From: Guillardia theta CCMP2712
Lineage: Eukaryota; Protista; Cryptophyta
Assembly: GCF_000315625.1 (NCBI RefSeq)
Contig: NW_005434474.1
Coordinates: 1 to 57,643, forward strand
DNA: 57,643 bases
Direction: 5' to 3'
Under the pieces are notes generated by a model. It saw nothing but the letters and a program-made list of their open reading frames with translations, had not been told where the DNA came from and did no database searches. Below, piece by piece: positions 33,701 through 47,363 of this stretch. The position numbers were made by a program, and so were the translations under genes. Numbering within the stretch: position 1 is the stretch's first letter; every line of letters begins with the position of its first letter.

Positions 33701-36700
33701 GCAATCCTTCGCCTCCGACGCTGCAAGCAGAGGATGAAGGTCCAACGACTGCGTGTCTACCTCCTCCTCCACTCCATGCAGCTTCGTCAGGTTGTCGAGC
33801 AGGTGATGCAAGGAGCCACTTCGCCAGTTGAAGTGAAACTTGTCAGGACTGCTGGCCCTTGCTTTCGATCCGATGAAAGAAGACAACATCAAGTAGAACT
33901 TGTCGTCGTGGAGATTGATCTGCCTCGCATGTCAGACGAATCGGCTGACTCAAGTCACTTGACGCACATGCTTGTGTGAGATGCAGTCGGCCAGACATCG
34001 CAGCATCCATCCAGTCTGCAACCAGGAGATAAGTTGGTATTACAAAAAGATTCAGAGGATTTGAAATCAAAAGGAGATATTTGATTGCTTTCACCTTGTG
34101 ACAGAAATGGATTTGACAATTGACGAGGTCCCCTAGTACTCCTTCCAACTCTTGGATTCTCCTCCTTCCTGCCACCAACAGCTGCACCAAACTCTCATCT
34201 GCATCCAAGAGAAAACAAAAACGTCAAAAGTTTCCCCGGCCCGCTCCATCACGTGTCAAACAAGTTGTCGCACCTCTCGGGTACCTCGACAGCCACCTAG
34301 TAAACGCTTCCTCCTCCCCCCATGTCAGCATCCCCCCATCAAAGTCCTGAACCTGCGGCTCCGCGAAGCCGTTCTCCAGGAGCCAGTTCCCGGATCGGAG
34401 GAAGGAGACGCGGTCACGGATGCTTTTGATGAGCTCGAAGTAGGGGAAGTCAGACGCCAAGTGCTCGAGCAGCAGAGACATCTCCTCCTCCAAGGATCCT
34501 CTCAGAATCTCCACAACCCATGGCGATCGGACCAGGTGGTACATCAGCTCTGACGTCATCGCCGCCAGCTCCGAGCACTTCTTCACCCTCCGCAGGCTGT
34601 CCACCTGCATCAGTAGCGCCTCCTCCCCTGCCATCTCGTCTGCACTCGGCCACTGAAGAGAAGAGCGTCGCGTGATCGTGGTGAAGAGACTGCCTGAGCT
34701 GTTGGCGCACTGGAGCAGCGCAAGGGCGAGGGAGGGAGACTCTTCTTCCCTGTCCTCGAGTGTCCGCAGACTTGCAAGGAGGAGTCGGAGGATCCTCGAG
34801 CATATCGCGACTGAGAGCTCGTCGGACGAGGCTTGCGCTCGCTCGAACCAACAGCACAGGCCATGACTGATCCGAGCCTGCTCCGCCAGCTCAGTGTCGA
34901 GCAAGAAGATCTCAGCCAGCACGACGTCGCGGGTCACAGGGTTCTTGGACGAGGTGATGATGACCAGCAGCAGCTCCAGGGCAAGTGCCGCAAGCTCGGG
35001 CTCGTCCTCCAAGACGGCATACTCGAGGAGGGTCGACGGGACTTTCCTGCGGCTGAGCTTCTCGTTGGTGCCCGTCCACGACCAACACACGTGGTCCAAC
35101 ACCGTGTCAGCCTCCTCGGGCCCGCACTGGTCAGCGCAGAGCTGGAAGGAGACAATCAAGAGCTCTGTACAGCTCTGAAGGGCGTGAGAGAGCTCGGGGA
35201 GAGCGATCGTCTCCTCCTGCCGCTGCGCATGCTCAAGCCCTCTGCCTACGAGCTCCACTGCCACCTCCACCAGGCCCTTCAGCTCGCCCGTGCCTGCCGC
35301 TGTCTCTTCTGACATGTTGGGGTGTATCATCCAGTGTATCAACTTCCTGACGTCGAGGCGAGGATCAGCCGATGAGCCTGTCGCAAACCTCTTGGCAGAG
35401 CTAGCAAACACAGATCGATCCAGCATCGTCCGCGTCAGATGCTCCAAGTGGTTCAGGTCATCGCGCATGACGTGCGGGAGGAGACAGAGACTTCCCATCC
35501 TCATCAGCTCGTTGAGAATTTGCCACTTCTCCTTGGGATCCAAGAAGTTCTCTGCTGATTGAGACTCGGTTGCAAGCTGCATGATCGGGTAGCAGTCGGC
35601 AAGGAACCGCCGGGAGACCTCAGCAGGAAAGGAAGGGAGGAGAGAAGAGACGAGCTGAAGCATGGCGATGGTGTGCCCATACTTCCTGCTGGCCCTGTCC
35701 ATCACCAGGAACTCCACATAGAACATGTTGAACATACTGCTGGTGACATCAGCAGGTTTGCCTCCCATGGCACCGTGATCGAGGTCGACCACGGGAGCAT
35801 ACATCAGCCGAAACAACTTGCGGACAAAGGATGCGAGCTCACTCGCGTCTCCCCTGAGAGGCAGCACGAGTTCCTTCATGAGGAGCACGACTTGAGTCTT
35901 GATCTTCGAAGAGACTGGCTCGGTCCACGTGGACAGCAGGAAGTCAAGGTGCGGCAGCAGCATCTCACTCGAGTACATGTGGAGGTCTGAATTCAATGAC
36001 TTGAGCCTGTCAGGTGTCAAACGAGGGCAGCAGGTCCGGATGAGCTGAAGGAGGGAGGAAAAGTAGTCGATCAGCGCGCTCTCGTACAGTGAGAGCTGCT
36101 GCTGTAGCAGCTCTTTCTTCTCCACTGTCAGGACCGCGAAGTGGCTCTGAAAGAGCGCATGAAAACAACTTCCTGACGTGTGGAGATCGGAATTCTCCAA
36201 GAGCTGGCTTTTGAGCTGGGAGTGATAGTACTTCTTGTGCTCGACCGTTTCTGCCTGTGAGGATGGAAATGACATGTAGGAGGCGGACAGTCTACAATAA
36301 TCTTGAAGGAAGCTGAAGGCAAGAGGCGGGCTTCCTCTGAACAATCGAATCGCCTGCCACAAGAGTCAGACTGCTGAGCAACAGCCATCGCAAGGGCTAC
36401 AACGGCAGTCACCTGGTTGAGCCGAGAGAGGAGACGTTGGAAGCAGAGAGAGGCAGAGTCCTCGTCCGCTGCTACGGAATCGATAGACTCCAACACAGTG
36501 GAGAACAAGTGGAAGAAACTGCTGGCTAGGCGGAGAGAAGGGAACAGCATCTTGTGGTCGCGATGATTGTAAGGTGCCTCTCCCGACAAGTCGCTCTCTG
36601 TCAACTTCAACGCCCTCTGTACCATCGCGAGAAGCTTGCCAATGTGATCGTTGGCGGCGAGATGAAATGCAACTTGAGGATCTGCAGCAAGAGATCTGAT

Positions 36701-38433
36701 GCAAGAAAGACATGATTCCACTGAAGAACTCCAAACAGCAAGTTCATGGTCGAAGTTCTTGTATCCCGACCCGTTGACATTATCATCGCGAGTTATCGAA
36801 GTGACGGCATGATGTTCAAGTACATCAATCGCGAATGAAACAATCTGCAATGAATCAGACGTCAACACAAGGCCAACACAACAAGTTCAAGTACATTCGC
36901 GTTGTGCTTGCCCAGCTCGTCCTTCACGTCGGGCCATCGAGACAGAGCAGGGAGGTCGAGGATAAGAGCGAGGTGATGCAGGGAGCCGTTGAGGCAGGAC
37001 GCTAGCGCATGATTGAAAGCTTCTGCTGAGTTCGATCTTGCGAGTCGGAATGACGCGAGTAGACCCAAGTGCTGGAGAAGCAAGGTAGGGGACCATTTCA
37101 ACGTCTCAGCGAGAAAGAATCCCTCCCTCCCGCTCGAGTTGTACTGACTGCTCATCTCCTCAAACCTGCTCGAGTGGAGAATCTCCACAAGATCATGAAA
37201 GATTGATTCACCCTCGCTTCCTCGAACATCCGGCGACAGATCAGCATCAGCCCCACATATCAACATCGTCAACACATTCGCTAAGGAACAAGAGCAGGTA
37301 GACGTGTGCAACCTGTACCCTGTCATCAAGAGATTCCTTCCGTAGTCCACTCCACGAGAACCCGACACATGTACATCCTGCTCCATACCAGACACCTCAG
37401 AGAAAGTAATGCAAGACGTCTTCATGTAGAGCGCCGCCAAACTCTCGAGCACGGCCACGTCGTCTCCTGTTAGCCTGTGGCCTTCAGCTCCCAGGGGCAG
37501 CAGCTTGCACAGCTCACACAACTCGCTGAGGATCTCGGACTGGAGCTGTTGTAAGTGTCTTTCAGGGATGCATTCATTCCCTTCGATGCTCCTGTGCAGG
37601 CAGATCTCCGCAGCTTCTGTCAGCGCGTGCATCAAACATGAGCAGTTGCAACATTTCAGAAAAGAATTCTCCGCCCAGAAGACTTGCTGGCAAAGTTCAT
37701 CGTTGTCCCTCCGCAGGAATGAAAGATATTCGAGGATGACCTTAAGTGTACGATGTTGCGCTTTGAAGTAGACTTCTATCGACTTCAATATCAAGTCCTC
37801 ATCAGTTGCCTGGAAATCCAAGCTCCTCCCTTTGACTTCCAAATATATCTGCATGCAGCGGATTGGGTTTTCAGAGAGAATCATTGCAAGGACCTTGAAG
37901 AAAGTCAGGTCATGAACAAATCAGATGCGAATGCTTACCAAAGAGACCCTCAGGGTTTGCATGACTGTCTCAGCCTCCAAATTCTTTCCCACGATGTTGC
38001 TCAGCCCTAGTGCATTAAACTCGTCCTTGAACTGCTCGTTCATGCTCATCCATTTCATCCTCCCTCTTCCATTCTCTGCAACAAAGAGCTGCGTTAACGT
38101 CAAGAACTCCGACACCAATCTCCAGTCGAACGGGTTCCAGTGCTCAGGGCAACTGCTAACATTCTTCGCGCCGATCTGTGTTGATTTCTTCAAAGATTCG
38201 AGCAGTGCAGACAAGTAAGGTCGACGAACATAGCCGAGGATGACCGGATGAATCACCCTGTGGAGCATCCTCTCATGGTTGACCTCAGCCCATTCGCTCA
38301 ACAGACAGCTGTCCTCCTGGTTCAAGATCCCCTCCAGCTCCTCCACCAGCTCCACCCATGACGGATCAGCCGTTTCGTCACGCATGAACAAGCTGAACTG
38401 AAAGCAAACGTCCTTCATGGTGTATGACGTCAT
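30781..38433 (-). CDS. Very large alpha-solenoid protein, Nup205/Nup192-like nucleoporin
   Basis: More than 2000 aa of Leu-rich helical exons (ORFs 37921-38433, 36862-37884, 36128-36868, 34224-36362, 32501-33892 and others). PELAALALELLLVI...ISHGLCCWFE...RILRLLLASL...SPSLALALL...ELAAMTSELMYHLVRSP follows, in order, the Nup205 motifs as I recall them (PELA..akIL, GFveCl, IL.LL..sL...pPNLA..LL, LAEl.Y..lY.L). Confidence 0.55.
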
Positions 38434-38583
38434 CGGTCTTATGTAGTGCCACCGAGGGCTCGGAGAGCACAACTAGAAAGCTCCTACCACCCCAGACCTG
38501 CTAAAAACGTTTCAGGAGGATCTTGACCAGGAACACCAAGAGCATCTGCGCGAAATGATTGAAACGATCCTAATGTGCCGTTG

Positions 38584-38830
38584 TATCCCTTTCCCTACAC
38601 CTCCTATCTCATTCATCTCTCTCCCCCGCCTCTCCTCTCCTGTATCCTTTCTCTCTCCCCCGCCTCTCCTCTCCTGTATCCCCTCTCTCCCCCGCCTCTC
38701 CTCTCCTGTATCCCTTCTCTCCCCCGCCTCCCCTCTGCTGTATCCCTTCTCTCTCCCCCGCCTCTCCTCTGCTGTATCCTTTCTCTTCCCTCCTCCTCTC
38801 CTCTCCTGTATCCCTTCTCTCCCTCCTCCT
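38584..38830. repeat. Pyrimidine-rich ~31-34-bp minisatellite (CCCCCGCCTCTCCTCTCCTGTATCCCTTCTCT)
   Basis: About 6-7 imperfect copies upstream of the Nup205-like ATG. Confidence 0.9.
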
Positions 38831-39265
38831 CCCCTCCCGCTTGCTCTACTTCCACTCCTTTTTCCCGCCATGCTCGGCGCGTGGATCCCACATCTTCCAT
38901 GACCCCACCCCTCTCTAGAATACACCCCTCCGCTCTGAAGATACCACCCCCGTCCTGTTCAAAATCGATGAGCACCCCCACCCCCCATTCAAAGTTCGGA
39001 TTGAATGACTGAGTGACTGAGTTAAAAGGTTCGGGAGTTCGCTAGCCCGGCCCGCCCCGCCCCCGGGCCCGGTCTCTCGAGGCTCCCGAGCGGCCGGGCG
39101 GTGAAGAGAATCATAGTAAACTAGTAAAGGTCACACTGAGGATCTCCGGCTGGGAATAATTCAATTATGTACATCTCACTCTGACTTTCGGATAGTATCT
39201 AGTCACAGTGGCACCGCCGGTCGGCGTCTCATCCTGGTCGGAACGGCTTGACCCATCGAAGTTGC

Positions 39266-39515
39266 TTACTGATCGTCAAGTCAGGGGGGATGGAGGAGGA
39301 GGAGGAGTGCGAAGGCAAGTAAAGTCGAGTCAAGGCAAGACAGGCTCACCATCTTGGGTCTCTTCGCCAAGGGGATCAGATTCGGGTTGCTCGAGCTCGA
39401 CGACATCTGCTCCCCCGTCGTCACAAGAGTCGAACAGGACGGTCACCTTCACCTGCTCCGCGTACCACTCTTCCGCCTTCCTCTTCTTCTCCTCCTGCCC
39501 CGACCAGCCCCTCGT

Positions 39516-39550
<35 letters not shown>

Positions 39551-39593
39551 CCAGCAGCAGCACCAGCACCAGCAGCACCAGCAGCACCAGCAC

Positions 39594-39643
<50 letters not shown>

Positions 39644-39650
39644 CCAGCAC

Positions 39651-39697
<47 letters not shown>

Positions 39698-39770
39698 CCA
39701 GCAGCAGCACCAGCAGCAGCAGCACCAGCAGCAGCAGCACCAGCACCAGCACCAGCACCAGCACCAGCAC

Positions 39771-39820
<50 letters not shown>

Positions 39821-39839
39821 CCAGCAGCAGCAGCAGCAG

Positions 39840-39877
<38 letters not shown>

Positions 39878-40327
39878 ACCTCAAGAACTTCGATGCTCAT
39901 TGCCTCTTCCTCTTCCGGCTCAAGTTCCTCTTGCTGTTGCAATGACTTCAAAGACGGGAAGGGGAGGCTGTGGATGCAGGAGAGGGAGAGGGACGGGAGG
40001 GAGGAGCAGAAGCAAGGGAAGGAGCAAGAGCAGGAGCAGGCGCAAGGGGGGAGGAAGGAGCAGGAGGAGCAGGAGAACAAGAACAAGGAGGAGCAGGAGC
40101 AGGAGCAGGAGTGGGTGTGGGAGCAGGAGGGTCTGGCGACCTTTTGCTTCCACTTGAGGATCTGGTTGCTGAAGTGCGAGTTCATCTTCACCTTTCCTCT
40201 CACCTGCTCTCCATCCCTCAGCAGATTCCCAGCAGCAGCTCACCTCACCGCAGCCTTCGTTGTTGCGAGCGCGATGGCAGGTGGACCAAATTTGTCGTCC
40301 AGCGAAGTCTGAGAGGAGGTGAGAGGA

Positions 40328-40370
<43 letters not shown>

Positions 40371-40611
40371 CAACAAAGGAGGAGGAGCTCGCACCGGCGC
40401 ACTCCTTGCTGCCGCCTTCTCCTTGGCATCCAACCTGATCTCCTGGATGACCACGTTCTGCTCGCACTTGTCAGCTGCTGATCCCCCAGCTCGCCTTCAC
40501 CTGTGAGAAGTGGATGGGATACTTATCGATGTTCTCTCCGGAAGTCGCGCATCTGAAAGTTTCTCAGCAGGAAGCAGGAGGGGAAGGGGGAGGAGGAGGA
40601 GGAGGAGGAGG

Positions 40612-40645
<34 letters not shown>

Positions 40646-43600
40646 TGCGGGTCGTTTTGGTGCATAGAAGGATAGAAGGAGCAAGAGGCTCTACCTAGCA
40701 TATACACTTCGTTTCTCCTGCCTTTCGCTCTCCTTGAGCTCCTGCAGTACCGTCCACTCGCGCAGCGGCGGCTGGCCGGAGATGATCCCGCGATGCACAG
40801 CGAGCGCCTGGATCCTCGAGGTGACCGCAGGAAGGAGCGAGCAGGGAAGAGAGAGAGGATGGAGAGGAGGACGGACGATGGAAACTGAATGAGTAGAGGG
40901 CGAAGGAGGAGAAAGAGGAGAGGAGGAGAAAGAGGAGAGGAGGAGAGGAGGAGAGGAGGAGAGGAGGAGAGGAGGAGAGGTGAGGAGACGCAGGTGCAGG
41001 TGCAGGTGCAGGTGCAGGTGCAGGTGCAGGAGGAGCAGAACGACCAGGAGGAGGAGCAGGAACAGATTTCTGACCTCATCGCGCGCAAGCTCGCATTCCA
41101 TTCCGCTGGAGAAGGTCACAGCTGCGAACCCACTCCCGATGACTCGAATGACGAGCAGCGACCTGTCTGCGAAGAAATCTCGCACGAAAGGCACCTGAGG
41201 AGGAGCAGGAGGAGGAAGAGAGGTCAGGGGATTGCGAGCTGGGAGCGGGGTTCATCTTACAGTACAGGCAGCCTCTGGTTGGACGTAGAGCAGGAGAGTG
41301 TCTTTGCGGGTCTCTCCTTCCCCAGCAGGAAGTGAGGAGATCACTCTCTCGTGCCCCTTCTTCGCCTCCGCCTTCGCCTTCGCCTCCTCCTGCGCGCAAT
41401 TGGTCAGCTCCTCCCCCGCAGACGCTCACGTGCCTTGTGGCGATCGACGATCTTCTCAAGCTTGGTCCCAGCTGGAGGGGAGCGGGAGAAGAGGTTCTTT
41501 CCCAGGTTGCAGTAGATCGGCTTGCCGCTCCGGCTCGACACGTCGCACGCCTTGACCCATCCCTCCGGCATCACCTCCAGCCCCTCCTCCACCCTCAGGC
41601 CCTCCTGCTTGCTCACTTCTGCCTCGCACTTGTTCTGCAGTCATCTTGTCAACCGTTGCCGTCGAGAAGACAAGAAGAGACAAGGAGAGACAAGGAGAGA
41701 CAAGGAGAGACAAGGAGAGACAAGGAGAGACAAGGAGAGACAAGGAGAGACAAGGAGAGACAAGGAGAGACAAGGAGAGACAAGGAGAGACAAGGAGAGA
41801 CAAGGAGAGACAAGGAGAGACAAGGAGAGACAAGGAGAGACAAGGAGAGACAAGGAGAGACAAGGAGAGACAAGGAGAGACAAGGAGAGACAAGGAGAGA
41901 CAAGGAGAGACAAGGAGAGACAAGGAGAGACAAGGAGAGACAAGGAGAGACAAGGAGAGACAAGGAGAGACAAGGAGAGACAAGGAGAGACAGGGAGAGA
42001 CAAGGAGAGGGGGGGTCCAAGAAAAGAGGGGGGAAGGAATGAGGGGAGGATAAGCAGCAAAGGAGACGGCAGCAGCAGCAGCAGCAGCAGCAGCACTCAC
42101 AAATCGATTGTGAAGTTTAGGAAGAAGTGCGATGATTGTCTCTGTGCAACCGGGTGACATCGAGTCACTCATCATGATCCCCAAGTCTGTAACAATCCCA
42201 ACCCTGTGACAAAGTTTCAACTCCTTCACTACCCTCCTCTCCCTCTCTCTTTCCATCCTCATCCTCACTCCTCCTTCTCACTCCTCCTTCTCACTCTTCC
42301 TCCTCCTCCTCCTCCTCATCCTCCTCCTCCTCCTCCTTCCCTGCTGTTCTCAATCTCCCTCTTGATACTCATCTCCCCCTGCAATATCTCCCCCCACCCT
42401 CCATGAGGCAGAAGCAGCACCAGCTCAGAAGTCCTCCCAGGAGAGTGAGCAGCACGTCTCTCCTTCCCCCAGCAGCGTGCTCTTCCTCCGCGATGTTCTG
42501 CTCGCTCAGGTTACTAAACGTCCACTGCTCCCAGCCCCTTCTACCTCCTCCTCTTCCTCTTACATCATCACCCTTCCTCCTTCCTCCTCCTTCCTCCTAC
42601 CTTCTTGAGTCTGTCGATAAGAATATCTCCCTTCTTCTTCAGCCCGACGATTTCCATGCAAGCTCTCTCCATGTTACTCGTCACCAGCTGCTCCTCCTTG
42701 CTCGCGCTCTCCTCCCCGTTTATCCCTCCAGCATCCTCTTCCTCGCTCAGCATCTTTCCTCCACCTTCTGCCTCCCTCGCCACCTCCTGGTGGGCCCCTG
42801 CGCTGCTCGGCAGCTTCTTCTCGTCTTCGGTTGCGTTGGAGCCGCTTGACTGATGCGTCGAGTCGAGCTCAGCGAGGAAGTCATCGAGGTCAGCGTCATG
42901 CTTGCTCGCCGAAGCTGTGCTCTCCTTGGCTACTTCGCCGGCTGCTGCCACCTCCCCTTCCGCTCCTCCTTCAACACCACCTCCACCTCCTCCCCCATCG
43001 TTTGCTGTCGTCGTTGTTTCCTTCTGCTTTTCTTCCTCCCTCGACCTCGACATCTTTGTAGAGGCAATGTGAACACAAACAGCGCAACATCCAATCGCTC
43101 ACCTCGGTCGCTCTCACTTCTCCTGCATTCTTGTCGCTGCTCTGACTGCTAACAGCCGTGGCGGGAGAAACTTTCTCTCCCTGCTTCCCCTCAGCTCTGC
43201 CAGCATCCCCGGCTCCTGCCTTCGTCGAACCTGCAGCGAACACCCTCAGCAGCAGGCAAGAGCTGTCGAGATTGTCCACCAGCAGCGGCTGCCTCCTTCT
43301 CGTGCTCTTCCTCGCTATCGTATCCCCCCTGGCATGCGTCAAGCAGCGATCGCGACACGTCAGCACGCACGAGAGCAGACAGCGCGTTGGGGTTCGTCTT
43401 CTTCACCTCAGCAGATGCTGCAGACGATTCCTGTGCAGAAGCTATGTTGAAATGGTGCACACCAATAGAGGCAGTGGAAAACAGAAAGAGAGGGAAAGGA
43501 CCACGACCACCACCACGACCAGGACCACGACCAGGACCACGACCAGGAGGACGGGGACGAGGACGAGGAGGAAAAGGAGGACGAGAACAACGAAATCGAA

Positions 43601-44172
43601 AACGAAAACGACAAGAGTGGAGGAAGAGGAGGGGGCAAGGGAACGAATCCAGGATGGAACTTACAACTGCAGGACTCTTGGCTGAAGTCGGAGGACCCTG
43701 GTCAATCTCTCACGACCTTCACTTGCCCCAAACTCGACTCACCAGCTCGGGAGGACGATCCCATGTCGTGGCCCCGGTGCTCACGTTCCAGTAATAGACG
43801 TCTCCCGTGCTCTGTGAAGGCCTGTCACTTGAAAGGGAGGAGACAGGGGAGGAGATCTACGGGATCAGTGACTTCCTGCCATGTTGGCCCGTCTGCACCA
43901 GGCAGAAAACCACAGCGTCAGTGATTCATCTGCTCGGTTCATCCGGGCGGCCAAACCTGAGCTGGGAGAATGCTCCTCCCATGGCGCTAGAGTACCACTT
44001 GTCATTCTCGACTTGTCCACAGCCGGAGATGATTTACCAGGATTCGACGATCTCCGAGATGAGTCGAGTTGTAAAGTTTGCCGACGCCGCGGGCCCCCCG
44101 CATCTCTTGCGTTGACATGCAGCGTCAGAGAAGAGAAGAAGGAGCATCTGCTTACCTTCCTTTCTTCCACAT
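39266..44172 (-). CDS. WW-domain protein, FNBP4 (formin-binding protein 4)-like, multi-exon
   Basis: N-terminus MWKKGR|DAGGPRRRQTLQL. WW1 PTWQEVTDP|STGDVYYWNVSTGATTWDRP and a degenerate WW2 MPEGWVKACDVSSRSGKPIYCNL. The C-terminus ILKWKQK...EEEE...KAEEWYAEQVK...NPNLIPL resembles the FNBP4 tail (KKW...IEEWKQQQL...NANF.AL). Confidence 0.68.
39518..39875. repeat. Intronic (CAG)n/(CAC) trinucleotide array, about 120 triplets
   Basis: Lies between spliced exons ...IEVLE| and |EKKRKAEEW of the minus-strand gene. Confidence 0.93.
41671..42009. repeat. Intronic 10-bp satellite (CAAGGAGAGA)n, about 33 copies
   Basis: Near-perfect array. Confidence 0.97.
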
Positions 44173-45092
44173 CGAAAACCAGCCCCACAACCTACAACCG
44201 AAACGTCAAATGAGAAGATGTGCATGGCGATCAATCATCCAGATTCGATCATTCACCGTGGGAAAAATCAAAGGAAGAATGCCGTAGCTGCTCACCAGCT
44301 TGAGGAAAGCATGCATGAGCGTGATTTTACGACAAGTGACAACATAACAGACCACCGTTCTCTCATTACACAGTCAGGTAGATTCATGGCTGACAATGGT
44401 ACATCTCATACAGTCATATCATCGCACACGAGGGAAAGCATCACAGAAACAAGAAGATCAATCAAGACGAGCTCGTTGTCTTGTCGTTCATTCCCGGAAC
44501 CCAAACTCTTCTCTGCGTCAATCTCTGCTCGTTCGGTTCTCTGTGTGACAAGGAGGGACGATCAGTGCGAGGAACAGAACGAACAAGTTTGCAAAGAATA
44601 TGACATGATAGACAGAAACAGGCAGAGTCCGAGGCAGATGCGGAGCGATAGATAGAAACTAACAAGGGACTAAAGGGACAAGAGCATTCAGTGCAAAACA
44701 GTAGCACAACAGAGGAGACGGAATGAAGGAGAGTAGGAGTAGAACCAAGAGTGGTGGGTGAATGAGGGCAGAGCACGATATAGGGGCGGTGAGTGAGAAT
44801 GAGCATGCGGGAGTAGAAAAGGGGAAGGGAAGGGGGAGGGGGAGGGGGAAGAGGAAGACATGATGGAGTGACGGAGTGATTGTTATCATTGTTTGATGGT
44901 CATGACGACAACGGTGACGGTGATAATACTGATACTTTCATGCTTCTGAGGCTAACTACCGGACAGTGAATTGGGAGGCCCCCGAGGTGGTGGAGATGGC
45001 AGGTGGAAGTGATGATGATAGTGGAAAAGAAGGAGGTGAGAGGAGGAGGTGATGAAGATCGAGGGAAGCGGGGGCAGGGAAAGATGAGGAAG

Positions 45093-45242
45093 AGGAGGAC
45101 GAGGAGGACGAGGAGGACGAGGAGGACGAGGAGGACGAGGAGGACGAGGAGGACGAGGAGGACGAGGAGGACGAGGAGGACGAGGAGGACGAGGAGGACG
45201 AGGAGGACGAGGAGGACGAGGAGGACGAGGAGGACGAGGAGG
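45093..45242. repeat. 9-bp repeat (GAGGAGGAC)n, about 16 copies
   Basis: Directly visible. Confidence 0.95.
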
Positions 45243-45519
45243 AAAGGTATCGAAGTTTCATTCGAGATCCCTGGAAGCAAGGGAACTTTATTGACTGAAA
45301 AAGAAGGGCAAACCGGAGCAAACAAAGGAGGGGGAGGATAGAACCTACAAACCCGCCTCAATAAAATACTAGGAAGGGAGAGGAGCAGAGGAGCAGCAGA
45401 GGCATATTATACCAGCCAAATAGAACATGCTCTATCACTCCATCGCTGTCTTCTAAATATTCTATTTTCTTTCTCCGAGGCGAGCCGACTCCGACCAACC
45501 GCGTGTCCGATTTCACACA

Positions 45520-46440
45520 TGATGATCGGATCGTACCGCCGGGCACACTGCGGCGGCCGCTGAGGAGTGCCGGGTGGCGGGCAGCCCGGCCCGGCCGCTA
45601 TAGCCCGGGCGGGGCCTTGGCATCGGCCCCCGGCCCAGCCCCGGCCCTCCGACTCGTCCACACGGCGCCGTTCTACTTGGCATGATCTCATCCGCTGAGT
45701 ATCAGTGCCATGATACTCGTCCGGTGGTAGTCAGGCTGAGTCACGGCGCGGGCGGGAAGGGGGGGGGCGGGGGGGTCCGCCGACACGGCCCGGCGGCGTC
45801 GCCGGCCGCTGCACAGCGGCGCGCGGCGGATGGCCGAGTCACAGTGCACGGACTCGGGTGACCCCTCACTGCCGGGCACTGACCGCCGTGGCCCTTTCAC
45901 CGTCACCCGGTGACCCAGTGACCGGGGTCCGGCACTTCCGAGCATGTCACATCACCGCCGGCGGTTTTTGACAATGATGATGATTCCGGGGCGGACTCCG
46001 AGGCTCCGCGGAGGCTGGCCCACTGCCACGGCCCCCCGGAGCAAAGGCTGCCGCAGTGCGCTGAGCAGCAGCACAGAGGAAGCCGCCGCCTCCATCGTAT
46101 GTCACAGTAGTGTCCCGGACGGCCGCTGTGGGCCGGCGGGGCGACGGTCAAGCCTCTGATTGCCCGGCTCATCAGTACCGTGATTTTTCTGAGTCTCTTA
46201 ACTTTGAGAACAAGTCCGATCAGAACCGAGCCGCAAGTTTCGAGTCACTGGCAGGCCGGGCTACCGTGATAGTACGGCGAGCAGGCTCACTGAGTCAACA
46301 GCCCGATTCCTCCAGGTTCGCAGACTCGGAGATAAGCGGCCGCACAGCGAACATCGCCGGGACCGTGACGGGCGGCCCGGCCCGGCCGGGCGGGGCCCGG
46401 GGGCCCGGCTCTGAGTGAGAGGCCCCCGAGACTGAAAAAG
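45520..46440. promoter_or_regulatory. Very GC/CpG-rich island between divergent genes; putative promoter region
   Basis: Dense GGCC/CCGG and repeated (C/T)GAGTCA motifs, no credible ORF. It sits between the 5' ends of the FNBP4-like (-) and PDZ (+) genes. Confidence 0.45.
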
Positions 46441-46741
46441 TTGCATGCCATGCCGGAGTGCCATTCAAGTACCACACCCCTCCTGACGACCGGGGATACA
46501 GGGGTGATGATGGAGGGGGTAGGCCCGGGCTAAAAAAAAAGGAGCGGCAGGATCACACGGTCGAAGGGGGTAGGGGTAACACGGCAGGGGTGGTCACTGT
46601 CATTCAGTAGTAATAAGGGGGGTGTGGGGGTGAAGACATTAAAATTGTATTTCGGTCGTGGGGTCGGGTGGTCTCTCCCATTCAATGTTCGGACGGTTTC
46701 CCGCTTTCTCCTCTGCTATGCTGATGCTCCGCCGCAAGTCT

Positions 46742-46778
<37 letters not shown>

Positions 46779-47363
46779 ATCCTGATCCTGATCCTGCTCC
46801 TGCTCCACCACCACCACCACCTCCGCCTGCTCCTCCTCCTCCGCCTCCTCCTCCGCCTCCTCATCTTGCTCGCATTATGACACTTGACCTCCTTGCACTT
46901 GACAACCTCACTTACCCTCAGCTCTTGTCATACGGCATGTCGCCCGCCTACAATCGTTGCCCATCTCATATCTACTACCTCCCTTTCTGCCTCGTCTCGT
47001 ATTATATTCCTCCCTCAATTCTTTCATTGTGGCTCTCGTTCTTCGAATTCCCCTTGATGCTCTACACTCCTATGTTCTTCAGCACTTACCTTGCTCCTCT
47101 CGTTTTCCTTTACATTCCCTTCTCGCTTCGACTGCTCGTCCCTTTTTCTCTCCTCATTCCGCATTTCTGCATTCATTGATATTGACGTAGGAATGATCGG
47201 GTCTCCTTGCCTTCAGTTCTTCGAGTTCAACCTATGACACTCTGAGGTTGCTACAAGGGAAGACCGTATTACTCGTGGAATCGTCAAGTTCGGCTTCTCC
47301 TGCTTCATTTCAGTAGAGGGCTTGTCTCGAGGAGATCTCTAGAGCTGTCATAACTTCTCCGAC

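Noticed and set aside
39208-40203. Poly-Gln, poly-Ala and poly-Leu proteins
   Set aside because: These are translations of an intronic CAG array. The flanking exons splice into an FNBP4-like C-terminus.
41332-42268. Repetitive ETRRDKERQG and LVSPCLSLSL ORFs
   Set aside because: A 10-bp satellite without stop codons, located in an intron.
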